Positions 47,138-56,930 of a stretch of DNA of 64,000 nucleotides are shown one piece after another. Under the pieces are notes generated by a model that saw only the letters and a list, made by a program, of their open reading frames with translations, had not been told where the DNA came from and ran no database searches. Each line of letters opens with the position of its first letter. The stretch's first letter is position 1. The position numbers and the translations under genes were made by a program. This DNA is from Thermoanaerobaculia bacterium (GTDB lineage: Bacteria > Acidobacteriota > Thermoanaerobaculia > UBA5066). The DNA lies in assembly GCA_038245905.1 (NCBI GenBank), contig JBBRRY010000013.1, forward strand, positions 20,898-84,897. The letters run 5' to 3'.

Positions 47138-48799
47138 GTGCTCGTCCTCAATGTGCGGGTGCCGGGGGAGCCGGCGCGCCGAATCCTGCTCGATCGCCCG
47201 GTCCTGACGCTGGGCCGCTCCTCCACGAACGACGTGCCCCTCGGGGACCGCACGCTCTCGCGCGTTCACGCGCGAATCGAAGGCGTCGAGGGCGGGGGCG
47301 CCCTCCGGCTCGTCGACCTCGGCTCGCGCAACGGCACGTCCCTGAACGGTGTGCGTATCACCGTGCCCGTGCCGCTCGCGGCGGGAGACCGAATTCAGCT
47401 CGGCGAGACGCTGGTGGAAGTTATCGAGGAATCCACGACACGCGTCGTCATCGACGGCTTCGGGGAAGAAAGCTCGAAGCGAACGACGTTCCTGCAGTCC
47501 TCCAAGGACCTCCTGCGCCCGCACAAGCAGGCCTGGGATTCGAAGCTCGGGGCCGAAGAGCTGGCGCGCCTGAACGCGACGCTTCGGATGCTCAACGAAA
47601 TTTCGGTGGACATGCTCGGGGACATTCCGCTTCCCCGCCTCGTCGACCTCGTCCTCGAGAAGACGTTCACGTTCCTCCAGCCCGATCGGGGCCTCCTGAT
47701 GCTGGCGGACGATCAGGGCGAGCTGAAATCCGAGAAGGTGAAGTACGCGGCCGGCGTGGATCCTTCGGACATCCGGCTCAGCAAGACGCTCATCCAGTCG
47801 GTCGTCGACAAGAAGAACGGCGTCCTCCTGATCGACGCCGCCACGGACGCGGGCCTCGGAGCCGCCGAGTCGATCCGGATTCTGGGCATCACGTCGTGCA
47901 TGGCGGCGCCGCTCTTCGTCGAGGACAAGGTCATCGGCCTCATCTACCTCGAGGTGCGGCTCGGGCGGAAGAGCTTCAGCGAAGAGGATCTCCGCCTACT
48001 CACGTCCCTCGCGAACACGGCCGCGATCAAGATTCAGAACCTGCGCCTTCAAGAGGGCGCCGCGGCGCGCCAGCGCATCGAGCGCGAGATGGCGCTGGCA
48101 TGGGAGATCCAGCGCCGCCTCCTGCCGGAGGCCGAGCCGACGCTTCCCCACACGGAGCTTCTCGGACGGACCGTGCCCTCGCGCACGGTCTCTGGGGACT
48201 ACTACGACTTCTTCGAACGCGGGGACAAGTCGCTCGACGTGGTCGTCGCGGACGTGAGCGGAAAGGGAATGGGCGCGTCGATTCTCGCGGCCTCGGTGCA
48301 GGCGGCCTTCCAGGTGTGGGCCGGTGAGCATTTTCCACCGGGCCTGCTCTGCACGCGCCTCAACGACATGGTGTTCCGGCGCACGAGCCCCGAGAAGTTC
48401 ATCACGTTCTTCCTCGCGCTCTACGACCCGGAGTCCGGCTCGGTCGTCTTCACGAACGCGGGCCACAACCCCGGCATCCTCGTGCGCAAGGACGGGACGT
48501 CGGAGCTTCTCGGAGCGCACGGACCGCCGCTCGGGATGTTCGCGGGAAAGACCTACGGCTCGGGCACGTTCACGATGGCCGAGGGCGATCTCCTCGCCCT
48601 TTATACGGACGGCGTGACCGAGGCCGCGAATCCGGAAGACGAGGAATTCGGAACGCCGCGGCTCGTGGAGACGCTCGTCAACGCGCGCGCTCTCTCCGTC
48701 GAGGAGATCGAGGCCGAGCTCGGCGCGGCGCTCGTGGTGTTTACCGCCGGGACTCCGTTCGGAGACGACCGGACCTTCGTTCTCCTGAAGAGAACCTAA
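47138..48799 (+). CDS. FHA-GAF-SpoIIE (PP2C-type) phosphatase
   Basis: LGRS, SRVHA and DLGSRNGT (FHA); GAF region; SGDYYD, ADVSGKG, NAGH, YTDGVTEA and DDRT (SpoIIE). Confidence 0.9.
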   Translation: MLVLNVRVPGEPARRILLDRPVLTLGRSSTNDVPLGDRTLSRVHARIEGVEGGGALRLVDLGSRNGTSLNGVRITVPVPLAAGDRIQLGETLVEVIEESTTRVVIDGFGEESSKRTTFLQSSKDLLRPHKQAWDSKLGAEELARLNATLRMLNEISVDMLGDIPLPRLVDLVLEKTFTFLQPDRGLLMLADDQGELKSEKVKYAAGVDPSDIRLSKTLIQSVVDKKNGVLLIDAATDAGLGAAESIRILGITSCMAAPLFVEDKVIGLIYLEVRLGRKSFSEEDLRLLTSLANTAAIKIQNLRLQEGAAARQRIEREMALAWEIQRRLLPEAEPTLPHTELLGRTVPSRTVSGDYYDFFERGDKSLDVVVADVSGKGMGASILAASVQAAFQVWAGEHFPPGLLCTRLNDMVFRRTSPEKFITFFLALYDPESGSVVFTNAGHNPGILVRKDGTSELLGAHGPPLGMFAGKTYGSGTFTMAEGDLLALYTDGVTEAANPEDEEFGTPRLVETLVNARALSVEEIEAELGAALVVFTAGTPFGDDRTFVLLKRT

Positions 48800-48801
48800 A
48801 T

Positions 48802-50226
48802 CTAGAGCCCCGTCGCGCGGGACGGCGCGGCCGGCTCGGGCTCGTTCGCCTCTTTTCCGTCTTTTGCGTCGCGCGGCAGCATGCCGTGGCGCTTCAGCAT
48901 CTCGTTCAGCGTCGTCGGCTTGAGGCCGAGGAGCTCTGCGGCGCGCTTCTGGACGCCCGACGCGCGTTGAAGCGCGGCCGAGAGGAGCGCGCGCTCGTAG
49001 GCGGCGACGGCGTCCTTGAACGAGAGCCCTTCGGCGGGCAGCGCGGCGGCGCGCGGCACAGAGCGCCGGACGGTGTCGGGAAGCTGGTCGAGGTCGATCA
49101 CTCCGTGGCCGAGGACGAGCGCCCGCTCGAGGACGTTTTCCAGCTCGCGGACGTTGCCCGGCCAGTCGTGGTCGAGGAGCGCCTTCATGACGGCGGGCGT
49201 GACGGACGGCACCGCCTTGCCATTCTCGGAGGCGGCCCGGGCAAGCAGCGTCTCCACGAGGAGGGGCACGTCCTCGCGGCGTTCGCGGAGGGGCGGGAGG
49301 GGGATCGTGATGACGCAGAGCCGGTAGAAGAGGTCCTCGCGGAAGCGTCCTTCCGCGACGAGCCGGGGCAGGTCGGCATTCGTGGCCGCGATGACGCGCA
49401 CGTCGGCGTACTGAGGTTCGATCGCGCCCACGGGCAGGAACTCCCGCTCCTGCAGGACGCGCAGGAGCTTCGCCTGAGTCTCGATCGGCACCGTTCCGAT
49501 CTCGTCGAAGAAGATCGTGCCCTGGTCGGCGGCCTTGAACAGGCCCTTCTTGTCGGCGACCGCGCCGGTGAACGAGCCGCGCACGTGGCCGAAGAGGTTC
49601 GACTCCAGGAGGTCGGGCGGGAGCGCCCCGGAATGCACGGTGACGAACGGGCCCGACGCCCGCGGAGACAACCGGTGGAGGGCCTTTGCGACGAGCTCCT
49701 TTCCCGTGCCGCTCTCGCCGGTGATGAGGATCGTCGAGCGCGCCGCTGCTGCCTGGCGGATCGTCTCGAAGACGCGTTCCATCGACGGGGAGCGGCCGAT
49801 GATCTCCTTCAGGCCCGGCGGGACGTTGAGCCGCGCCTTGAGGGCGCGGTTCTCGGCCACGAGCTGCCTCTTCTCGAGCGCCTGCTTGACGACGTGCACG
49901 ACCTCTTCGTTCCGGAAGGGCTTGGGCAGGTAGTGAAACGCGCCCTGGCGCATCGCGGAGATCGCGCTTTCGACGGATGAGTACGCGGTCACCACTACGA
50001 CGGGCACCTCGGGATGCCGCGCCTTTACCTCCGAGAGAACTTCGAGGCCGGGCCGGTCCGGGAGCATGAGGTCGAGGAGCAGGAGGTCGATGGGCTCTTT
50101 CTCGAGACGCTCGAGCCCCTCGGCCGCGGTCGCGGCTTCGCGCGTCACGAATCCGGCCTTCGCGAGGACGGATCCCAGCACGTCGCGGATGACAGGCTCG
50201 TCGTCGAGGATCAGGACGGTGGGCAT
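48802..50226 (-). CDS. Sigma-54-dependent response regulator (NtrC family: REC-AAA-HTH)
   Basis: REC (DDE, LDLMLP, KP); GESGTGKE, GSFTGA, FFDEI, FREDLFYRL and WPGNVREL; C-terminal HTH. Confidence 0.95.
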   Translation of the reverse strand: MPTVLILDDEPVIRDVLGSVLAKAGFVTREAATAAEGLERLEKEPIDLLLLDLMLPDRPGLEVLSEVKARHPEVPVVVVTAYSSVESAISAMRQGAFHYLPKPFRNEEVVHVVKQALEKRQLVAENRALKARLNVPPGLKEIIGRSPSMERVFETIRQAAAARSTILITGESGTGKELVAKALHRLSPRASGPFVTVHSGALPPDLLESNLFGHVRGSFTGAVADKKGLFKAADQGTIFFDEIGTVPIETQAKLLRVLQEREFLPVGAIEPQYADVRVIAATNADLPRLVAEGRFREDLFYRLCVITIPLPPLRERREDVPLLVETLLARAASENGKAVPSVTPAVMKALLDHDWPGNVRELENVLERALVLGHGVIDLDQLPDTVRRSVPRAAALPAEGLSFKDAVAAYERALLSAALQRASGVQKRAAELLGLKPTTLNEMLKRHGMLPRDAKDGKEANEPEPAAPSRATGL

Positions 50227-50234
50227 TGTGTTTT

Positions 50235-52997
50235 TCAGGTCGCGGCGGGCAGGGAGACGGTGAATCGGGCCCCGCGGTCGGCCCGAGAAGCTCCCGCCGC
50301 GGACGTCACGGCCAGAGAGGTTACGGTCAACGTGCCACCGTGCGCCTGAATGATATCCCGCGCGATGGCGAGGCCCAGCCCCGTTCCCCCTTGAGCGGTC
50401 TTCGTGGAATAGAACGGGTCGAACACACGGGCTACCTGTGCATCTGTCAGGCCAGGTCCGTTGTCCTCCACGGAGAACAGCACGTATCCGTCGGCGGCAC
50501 GGACGCGCAGCGTGACGGCAGGTGGCGGATCTTCGGCGGCGCGAGGGAGCGTGACCGCTTCGAGCGCGTTCTTCGCGAGGTTCACGAGCACCTGGACGAG
50601 GGCGTCCCGATGACCGGAGACGGCCGGGAGAGGCTGCGCGGCCACGACCTCGAGAGGGGCGCGCCGGGCTGCTGCCTCGTCCGCGAGAGCCCAGGCGGCT
50701 TCTTCCGCGAGCGCGGCCGGTTCGAGTCGAAGGAATTCACGCGGGCGGCCGCGGGCGAGATCGAGCAGGCTGCCGACGAGGCGCGAGGCGCGAAATGCCT
50801 GCCGCTCGATCTTTTCGACGAGCGTCCTTCGGGGGTCGTCTCGCGGCGTCTCGTCGAGGAGGAGCCGGGCGAAGCCCGCGACTCCGGCGAGCGGTGTGTT
50901 CACCTCGTGCGCGACGCCCGCCGAGAGAGTGCCGAGAGCGGCGAGGCGTTCCCGATCGGCGAGCGCGCGTTCGAGTCGCGCGGTCTCGGTTGCGTCGTAG
51001 AGGACGAGGACCCGGGCGTTGGAATCCGGCCCCGCTCCCGGAAACGGCGATACCGCGACGTTCAAGACCCGCGGCCCCGAGCCGAGGTCCGCCTCGAGCT
51101 GCGGGGGCGGCGCGGCTCCGACGAGCGCGGCGGGCAGCACGTCCTCCGCGAGGACCCCGACGAGAGACGCCGCGTCGCGCCCGAGGAGAGCCGCGAATGC
51201 GGGGTTCACCGAGGTGAGCCGCCCTGCATCGTCCGTGGCGGCGATCGCCGCGGCCGAGCCCGCGACGACGTTCTCGTGAAACTGCTGGAGGGTTCGGTAG
51301 CGATCGGCCTCGACCCGGAGCTCGTCGAAAAGCCGCGCGTGGTCGAGGGCAAGCGCCGCCGGAGCGAGGACCGTTTCCAGGAGCTCCGTATCGTCGAGCG
51401 AAAGCGGCACCCGTCCTGCGCGGTCGCCCACGGCGAAGAGCGCGAGAAGTCGTCCCGACACCGTGAGCGGAGCAAGCGTGCGGAATCCGGCCCGCCGGAG
51501 GCGCGACACCGCCGATGTCGGCCGCGCGGTGAAGTCCTGGCGCGACAGCCGAATCGGTCCGAGGCGGGCCGCGGCGGGAATCTCCGCGAGCGGAAGCGGC
51601 GGGCCCCCGTCCACGTCGCGGGCGACGAGCGCGTCCGCTGCAACGGGAAGGAGGGCCGCGCACGAGACGCCGAGACCCCCCATGATGCGCTCCCGGAGGA
51701 GCTCCTGGAGCTCTCCGAGCGGCCGCGGCGACGGGAGCTCGCGCACGAGCGCGAGCAGCCGTTCGCGGTCACGCCAGGCCTCGCGATACTGAAGACGTTG
51801 AAACGCGCCGGAGAGGCCGCGCCTCACGGGCGCGAAGCTGAGCGCCATGAGAAGTCCCGCCGACGCCTGGAGAGCGCCCTTCGCATGCGGAATCCCGACC
51901 GCGACCGGATGCGCGAGGAGGATCTGGGCGAGCGCGAAAAAGCTGGCTCCGACGAGAAGAGCGCCGAGTAGCGACGCAGTCTGCCGGCCGAGCACCTCCA
52001 CGTCCCAGAGCCGATACCGCGTGAGCGAGGCGAGGAACGCGGCCGGAACGAGCGCGAGGGGCAGGACCGCGAGCGACGAGAGAATCGGGATCGACCCCCC
52101 GAGAAGACGCGGCACGAGATTCAGGAGGACGAGGGGGAGAAGGCCCACCGTGACGCCCAGGAGGAGGAACCGGACCTGCTTCTCTGTCAGGAGGTCGGTG
52201 GGGCGCCGCGCGAGGACCACGAGCCGCGCGGCGGCGAGCGCGGCGCCGAGTGCCATCCAGACGATCTGAGCGCGGTCGAGCGCGTTCACCGCGTCGGACG
52301 CGTCGCTGCTCGTCCGGCCTGAGTACACCGCCGCCGTGGCAGCCAGGAGCAAGCTGGCCGGAACGAAGGGGAGCCACGCGGGTGCTCTTCGCATCCGCCG
52401 TGGAAACGTGAAGACGAGGGAGAGCAGAAGAGCCGGGAAGAGGGCCCGTGCGGCGTCTTCGAGAAGGACGGCGGCGCGGAAGAGGCCGTCGACCGGCGGC
52501 ACCGGCGTGAGGGTGAGCACGAGCCCGACAGACAGCGCGAATCCCGCGAAGAGGAGCGACTCCTTCGTCGTTGGCGAGGGCCTCACGGCCGCGAAGCCCG
52601 CCGCGAGGAACGCGACGCCCACCGCGAAGAGAAAGAGATACAGCCAGTCCCACGAGGAAATTGGAACGTTCCGAAACGTCCGGAGCGCGTCACCCCGGAG
52701 GACGGTCAGCTCGGCGGAGCGCTCTGCGAGCCAGCGCGACGGATCGCCCGCCTGCCGCGCCTCGGCCCCGTCCACGAGCAGCAGAAGATCGCCGGCCCGG
52801 AGACCGGATGCGGCGGCGGACTCGCCGACGCGGCGCACGCGAAGACCCTCGGGCTCTCGGGAGACGAGCACGTCGGCGCGGCCGAACGCCGAGACCTTGC
52901 GCGCAAGGCAAAGCACGGAGGGGACCAGCGCCGCCGCGAAGGCGCAGATGAGGAGCCACCGCGCCAGAGAGCGCAGCCGAGGCGATGGTGACTCCAT
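50235..52997 (-). CDS. Sensor histidine kinase (PDZ-like extracytoplasmic domain, multiple TMs, GAF, PAS, HisKA, HATPase)
   Basis: V...SAA.SGLRAGD.L..VDG (PDZ); GVAHEVNTPL H-box; N, G1, F and G2 boxes (NALEA, DNGPG, FDPFYSTK, GTGLGL). Confidence 0.92.
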   Translation of the reverse strand: MESPSPRLRSLARWLLICAFAAALVPSVLCLARKVSAFGRADVLVSREPEGLRVRRVGESAAASGLRAGDLLLLVDGAEARQAGDPSRWLAERSAELTVLRGDALRTFRNVPISSWDWLYLFLFAVGVAFLAAGFAAVRPSPTTKESLLFAGFALSVGLVLTLTPVPPVDGLFRAAVLLEDAARALFPALLLSLVFTFPRRMRRAPAWLPFVPASLLLAATAAVYSGRTSSDASDAVNALDRAQIVWMALGAALAAARLVVLARRPTDLLTEKQVRFLLLGVTVGLLPLVLLNLVPRLLGGSIPILSSLAVLPLALVPAAFLASLTRYRLWDVEVLGRQTASLLGALLVGASFFALAQILLAHPVAVGIPHAKGALQASAGLLMALSFAPVRRGLSGAFQRLQYREAWRDRERLLALVRELPSPRPLGELQELLRERIMGGLGVSCAALLPVAADALVARDVDGGPPLPLAEIPAAARLGPIRLSRQDFTARPTSAVSRLRRAGFRTLAPLTVSGRLLALFAVGDRAGRVPLSLDDTELLETVLAPAALALDHARLFDELRVEADRYRTLQQFHENVVAGSAAAIAATDDAGRLTSVNPAFAALLGRDAASLVGVLAEDVLPAALVGAAPPPQLEADLGSGPRVLNVAVSPFPGAGPDSNARVLVLYDATETARLERALADRERLAALGTLSAGVAHEVNTPLAGVAGFARLLLDETPRDDPRRTLVEKIERQAFRASRLVGSLLDLARGRPREFLRLEPAALAEEAAWALADEAAARRAPLEVVAAQPLPAVSGHRDALVQVLVNLAKNALEAVTLPRAAEDPPPAVTLRVRAADGYVLFSVEDNGPGLTDAQVARVFDPFYSTKTAQGGTGLGLAIARDIIQAHGGTLTVTSLAVTSAAGASRADRGARFTVSLPAAT

Positions 52998-53010
52998 ATC
53001 GGTACTTGCA

Positions 53011-53025
53011 GCAAACAGGATGCCA
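53011..53025 (-). promoter_or_regulatory. Sigma-54 (-24/-12) promoter of the kinase/regulator operon
   Basis: Minus strand TGGCAT-CCTGT-TTGC matches TGGCAC-N5-TTGC; IHF-like TAAAGTGTTGAGA at 53050-53062. Confidence 0.75.
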
Positions 53026-53153
53026 GCAATCCGATTGCTTGGATCTGGCTAAAGTGTTGAGAAAATGGAGTTTGATAGCCGAAGGTGGGCTCAGGACAGT
53101 CGCCCGCCACGGAATCTTGAAGGGTGCCCCGGGTATTTGGAGACCTTGAAAGA

Positions 53154-55094
53154 CTAGAAAGACATAGCCAGGCCGCCCGCGAGCCTTCGGTTCAGTTTCT
53201 CCTCGTCTTCACCCTCCCGGCGTTTTCCAAGCTCCAGTGAGAAGAGCGCGCGGAGGTCGGAGCCCAGGGACCGGAGCCCCGGCACCGGAATGGACTGGGC
53301 GAGCGTGACATCCACGGCCTCGACGTCGTTGCGGAGGACGGTCGATCCGTGCATGAGCGATTGCGTGACGACGCGATAGCCGATTCCAACGGACGTTTCC
53401 GTTGCGCGGATCCGGGCCGCGGCCTGCGCGACACCCCAGGTGGCGTCGTCGGCGCGGATCGAGCCGTCGCGCGCCCCCGAGAGCTTGCCTGCGCGCATCA
53501 TGACGCGCCCGTCGAGCGCCTTCCCGAGGCGTGCGGTGGCCCCGAACGAAACGTCCGTCGCGACGTCGTTCGCGAAGAAATAGAGTGAATCGAGCCGGTC
53601 GAGAAAATCGGGATCGAAAAGCAGGCGGTACGTGCCTGTCAGCTCGCGCCGCGAGGCCTCGAGTGAGACGTTCTCTCCATCGGCGTTCTTCCACATGAGG
53701 CCGGCCTTGTAGAGGGCCCGGGAGCGCCGCGTGAGATCGGCTTCATCCGTGCCCGCTTCGCCCGCAAGCGGGATTTCCCCGTCGAGACTCCGTTCGTAAC
53801 GGCGGGCCGCGAAGCCGTAGATCTTCCAGCCGTCGCGCGTCGCGACCGCGAGCGAAATCTCCGGCGTGACGCCGCGCGAGCGGGCCGAAATGTCCCCGGT
53901 CGCGCCGCCCTCGAGAACGACGACGTCGAAGAAACGGACGCCGGCGACCGCGCCCGCGCGGGTCTCGCGGTCGAAGGGGGTCGGCTGACCCGCGTACGCG
54001 TTCATCGCGCTCCGATAGGACATCGACACGCGGGCGAACGTCGAGGAGGAAAGCTCGGTCTGGTAGCGGGCGGCGACGTCGACGGCATTGGACTCTCGCG
54101 CGAACAGGTCCGCCGCTGGTCCGGCGGAGAGGAGCCGCGACTGCGAAACGAGATGGGCCGAGACCGAGGCCTGCGCGCGCTCGGAGAGACTGCCGCTCCA
54201 GTCGAGCGAGTGTGCCGCGAAGCGGGCGCCCTCCGCGTCGTCAACCATGTTCTGCTGGCGGGTCGTGATGTGAACCGACTGACCGGATCCGATCGCTCCC
54301 GTCGAACCCGCGGACCCTGAATTCACGTCGAGCGCCACGCGGGACGCGTCCCCCGTCTTCTCTCCCGAGAGCGCCGCGAGGCGCGCATAGGCTCCCGAGG
54401 CGCCCCACCGCAACCGGTTCCCGGCGGTACCGCTGACGTCGAGGGACGCGCGCGAAAGTGACGACTCGCCGGCGGCGCCGAATCCCGCGGTGGACGCCAC
54501 GGACGCGCGGACTGGAATCGTGGCGGCGTGCGTGTCCAGCCTCGCGATCGTGAGGGGGAGGGCCACCGGCTCCGGCCCTTCGTCGAGGACCGCGAGGAGC
54601 GCGGGCACGTCGCGCAGCACGTCGCCCGGCGCCACGGCGCGCGCGATCCAGACGTCGAGAGCGCCCCCCGTCAATTCGGGGAGGATGCCCGCGGGCGACT
54701 CGAGGTCGAGCCTCACGAACGAGAGCGCGCCGTCCGAAACGGCGCGGTGCATGAGGCGGGCGATCGCGGGGCGGAAGCCCGGCACCACCGAGAGAACCGT
54801 GTAGAGGCCCTCGGCCGCGTCCCCGAGCACGAACGTCCCGTCACGGTCGCTCTTCAGGAGCCTCACGACGGTGGCTCCACCGAGGGTCACGCCTCGCACG
54901 ACGAGCGACGCGCCCGGGACGGGGACGCCACCGGCGCGCACGATGCCGCCGAGGGGAGCGGTGAGCGCCCTCGAAAAAGGCGCCCTCGCACCGGCCTCGC
55001 CCGCAACGGCGGGCGCTGCGAGGAGCACCGCCAAGGCGGCAACGGCGAAGTGCGCCGGGGTGGAGTTTTGCGTGGAGCGCATCGAAAGGGTCAC
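53154..55094 (-). CDS. Secreted protein: N-terminal carboxypeptidase-regulatory-like domain plus probable outer-membrane beta-barrel
   Basis: Signal peptide; G.V...G.PVPGA, DG.F, G.YTV and PGF.P; amphipathic strands; C-terminal Phe. Confidence 0.6.
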   Translation of the reverse strand: MTLSMRSTQNSTPAHFAVAALAVLLAAPAVAGEAGARAPFSRALTAPLGGIVRAGGVPVPGASLVVRGVTLGGATVVRLLKSDRDGTFVLGDAAEGLYTVLSVVPGFRPAIARLMHRAVSDGALSFVRLDLESPAGILPELTGGALDVWIARAVAPGDVLRDVPALLAVLDEGPEPVALPLTIARLDTHAATIPVRASVASTAGFGAAGESSLSRASLDVSGTAGNRLRWGASGAYARLAALSGEKTGDASRVALDVNSGSAGSTGAIGSGQSVHITTRQQNMVDDAEGARFAAHSLDWSGSLSERAQASVSAHLVSQSRLLSAGPAADLFARESNAVDVAARYQTELSSSTFARVSMSYRSAMNAYAGQPTPFDRETRAGAVAGVRFFDVVVLEGGATGDISARSRGVTPEISLAVATRDGWKIYGFAARRYERSLDGEIPLAGEAGTDEADLTRRSRALYKAGLMWKNADGENVSLEASRRELTGTYRLLFDPDFLDRLDSLYFFANDVATDVSFGATARLGKALDGRVMMRAGKLSGARDGSIRADDATWGVAQAAARIRATETSVGIGYRVVTQSLMHGSTVLRNDVEAVDVTLAQSIPVPGLRSLGSDLRALFSLELGKRREGEDEEKLNRRLAGGLAMSF

Positions 55095-55160
55095 GGACCC
55101 CCCTGGCTCCTATCATCCGCCCGGATTCCGCGCCGCGTCAATCGACTTCGAGACTGAGCC

Positions 55161-56072
55161 TCATGCGGCTGGTCCGAGGCCGAGCGTGGCGCGGACGACA
55201 TGCCGGGCGATCGAGGGGTTCTCCTTGAGCCGCCGCGTCGAGTAGGCGTACCAGTCCCGGCCGTAGGGCACGTAGACCCGCAGTCTGTGCCCGGCGTCGA
55301 GGAGGCTGCGGCGGAGAACGGGATCCACCCCGAGGAGCATCTGGAACTCGTAGCGTTCCCGCCCGAGCTTGAGCCGGTCGATGGTCTCGAGCGCACGCTC
55401 GACGCAGGCCTCGTCGTGCGTCGCGATGCCGACGTAGCAGCCCGCGGACAGGTGCTTGTCGACGAGTGCCGCGAAGCTCGCGATGACCGTCGCGCGTTCC
55501 TTCCACGCGATCGTGCGGGGCTCCCGGTAGATGCCCTTGCAGATCCTCACGTTCACGCCGGCGCCGATGAGGCGGTCGAGATCGCGAAGGCTGCGCTTCA
55601 AGTAGGCCTGGATCACCGCGCCCACGGCCGGAAACTTCGCCTTCAGCTCGAGCACGAGCCGGAGCGTCGCTTCGGTGTACGGGCTGTCCTCCATGTCGAG
55701 GCGCACGAACATTCCGTGGACCGAAGCGCGCATGCAGATGTCGGTGCAGTTGCGGAGGGCGAGTGCCGGGTCGATGGCGAGGCCCACCGCCGTCGGCTTT
55801 ACGGAGATGTTCGCGTCGAGGCCGCTCGCCGAGATCGCGTCGATCATGCCGAGGTACTGATCGCGCGTCGCCTGCGTCTGCTCCTCGCGGGTCACGCTCT
55901 CTCCGAGGATGTCGAGCGTCGCCATCGCGCCCTCGGCAGACAGTGCGCGAACGGTCGCGAGGGCGTCGTCGAGCGTGTCTCCCGCGACATAACGGGAGGC
56001 GACGCGCCTCACGAGCGAGCGGGGGACGAGCGGAAGCGTGGTCACGACGAGCCGGTCGAAAAGTGCGGTCAT
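55161..56072 (-). CDS. Monofunctional proline dehydrogenase
   Basis: RYVAG, LDILGE, SVKPT, DMEDS, QAYL.R, R.CKG.Y.E, ATHD, FQMLLG and YVPYG..WY.Y..RRL.E. Confidence 0.95.
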   Translation of the reverse strand: MTALFDRLVVTTLPLVPRSLVRRVASRYVAGDTLDDALATVRALSAEGAMATLDILGESVTREEQTQATRDQYLGMIDAISASGLDANISVKPTAVGLAIDPALALRNCTDICMRASVHGMFVRLDMEDSPYTEATLRLVLELKAKFPAVGAVIQAYLKRSLRDLDRLIGAGVNVRICKGIYREPRTIAWKERATVIASFAALVDKHLSAGCYVGIATHDEACVERALETIDRLKLGRERYEFQMLLGVDPVLRRSLLDAGHRLRVYVPYGRDWYAYSTRRLKENPSIARHVVRATLGLGPAA

Positions 56073-56839
56073 GTGGGCTCCGGGGTGCGGGCCAGGACGA
56101 GCGCCCTGACGTCTCTTGCTCCTGCCTCGCGAAGGGCGCGGGCCGCGGCGAAGAGAGTCGCGCCCGTCGTGACGACGTCGTCCACGAGGACGAGGACTCG
56201 CCCCCGCGCGCGAGGGGAGGCGGCAAAGGCCCCCTCCACGTTCGCGCGGCGCTCGGCGGCAGGCAGCGAGGATTGTGGAGGCGTCTCGCGCGAGCGGGAG
56301 AGGAGGGAGCGCCGCGGCGTCGCGAGGAGGCGCCCGGTCTCGTCGGCCAGAAGCATGGCCGGATCGTACCCGCGTTCGTGATTGCGCCGGCGGGTCGAGG
56401 GCACGGGCACGAGCGCGTCGGCACCCGAGGCGATCGCGACCGACCGCGCGAGAGCGGCGAGACGCACGCCGAGGGGAGCGGCGAGGAGATCCCAGCCAGC
56501 GAACTTGAATGCGTGATGGAGGGTGCGCAGCCCGCCCGTGTAAAGCCCGAATGCCGCGGTTCGCGTCACCGGCGGCGGATGAAGGCGACAGGCGGCGCAC
56601 GGAGAGCCGCCGGACGGGAGCGCGCAATGCGGGCACGCGAGCGCCGCGTCGAGTACGGGGAGCGCGGCCCAGCAGGAGCGGCATACGCCGCCGCCGCCGA
56701 GGTCGACGCGCGCCGCCTCGCAGACGGCGCAGCGCGACGGAACGAGGAGCGCAAGGAGCGGAGCGAGGAGAGGCGCGAAGGCAGGCGCGAAAAACCCGCT
56801 CCCGGGAGTTGGTTTGAGAGAGAGCTCCTCAGGCGGCAC
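56069..56839 (-). CDS. ComF family protein (double zinc ribbon plus PRTase)
   Basis: CxxC pairs; VPVP, RGY, Q..L...R..N and LVDDVVTTGAT. Confidence 0.9.
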   Translation of the reverse strand: MPPEELSLKPTPGSGFFAPAFAPLLAPLLALLVPSRCAVCEAARVDLGGGGVCRSCWAALPVLDAALACPHCALPSGGSPCAACRLHPPPVTRTAAFGLYTGGLRTLHHAFKFAGWDLLAAPLGVRLAALARSVAIASGADALVPVPSTRRRNHERGYDPAMLLADETGRLLATPRRSLLSRSRETPPQSSLPAAERRANVEGAFAASPRARGRVLVLVDDVVTTGATLFAAARALREAGARDVRALVLARTPEPT

Positions 56840-56930
56840 GACCCTGGATTCTAGACGAGAGCCTGCCGGCCTCCGTATCCGCAATATGCGTATTCTCCGA
56901 CCGACCAGCCCCGGCGTATCCTCCTTGCCG

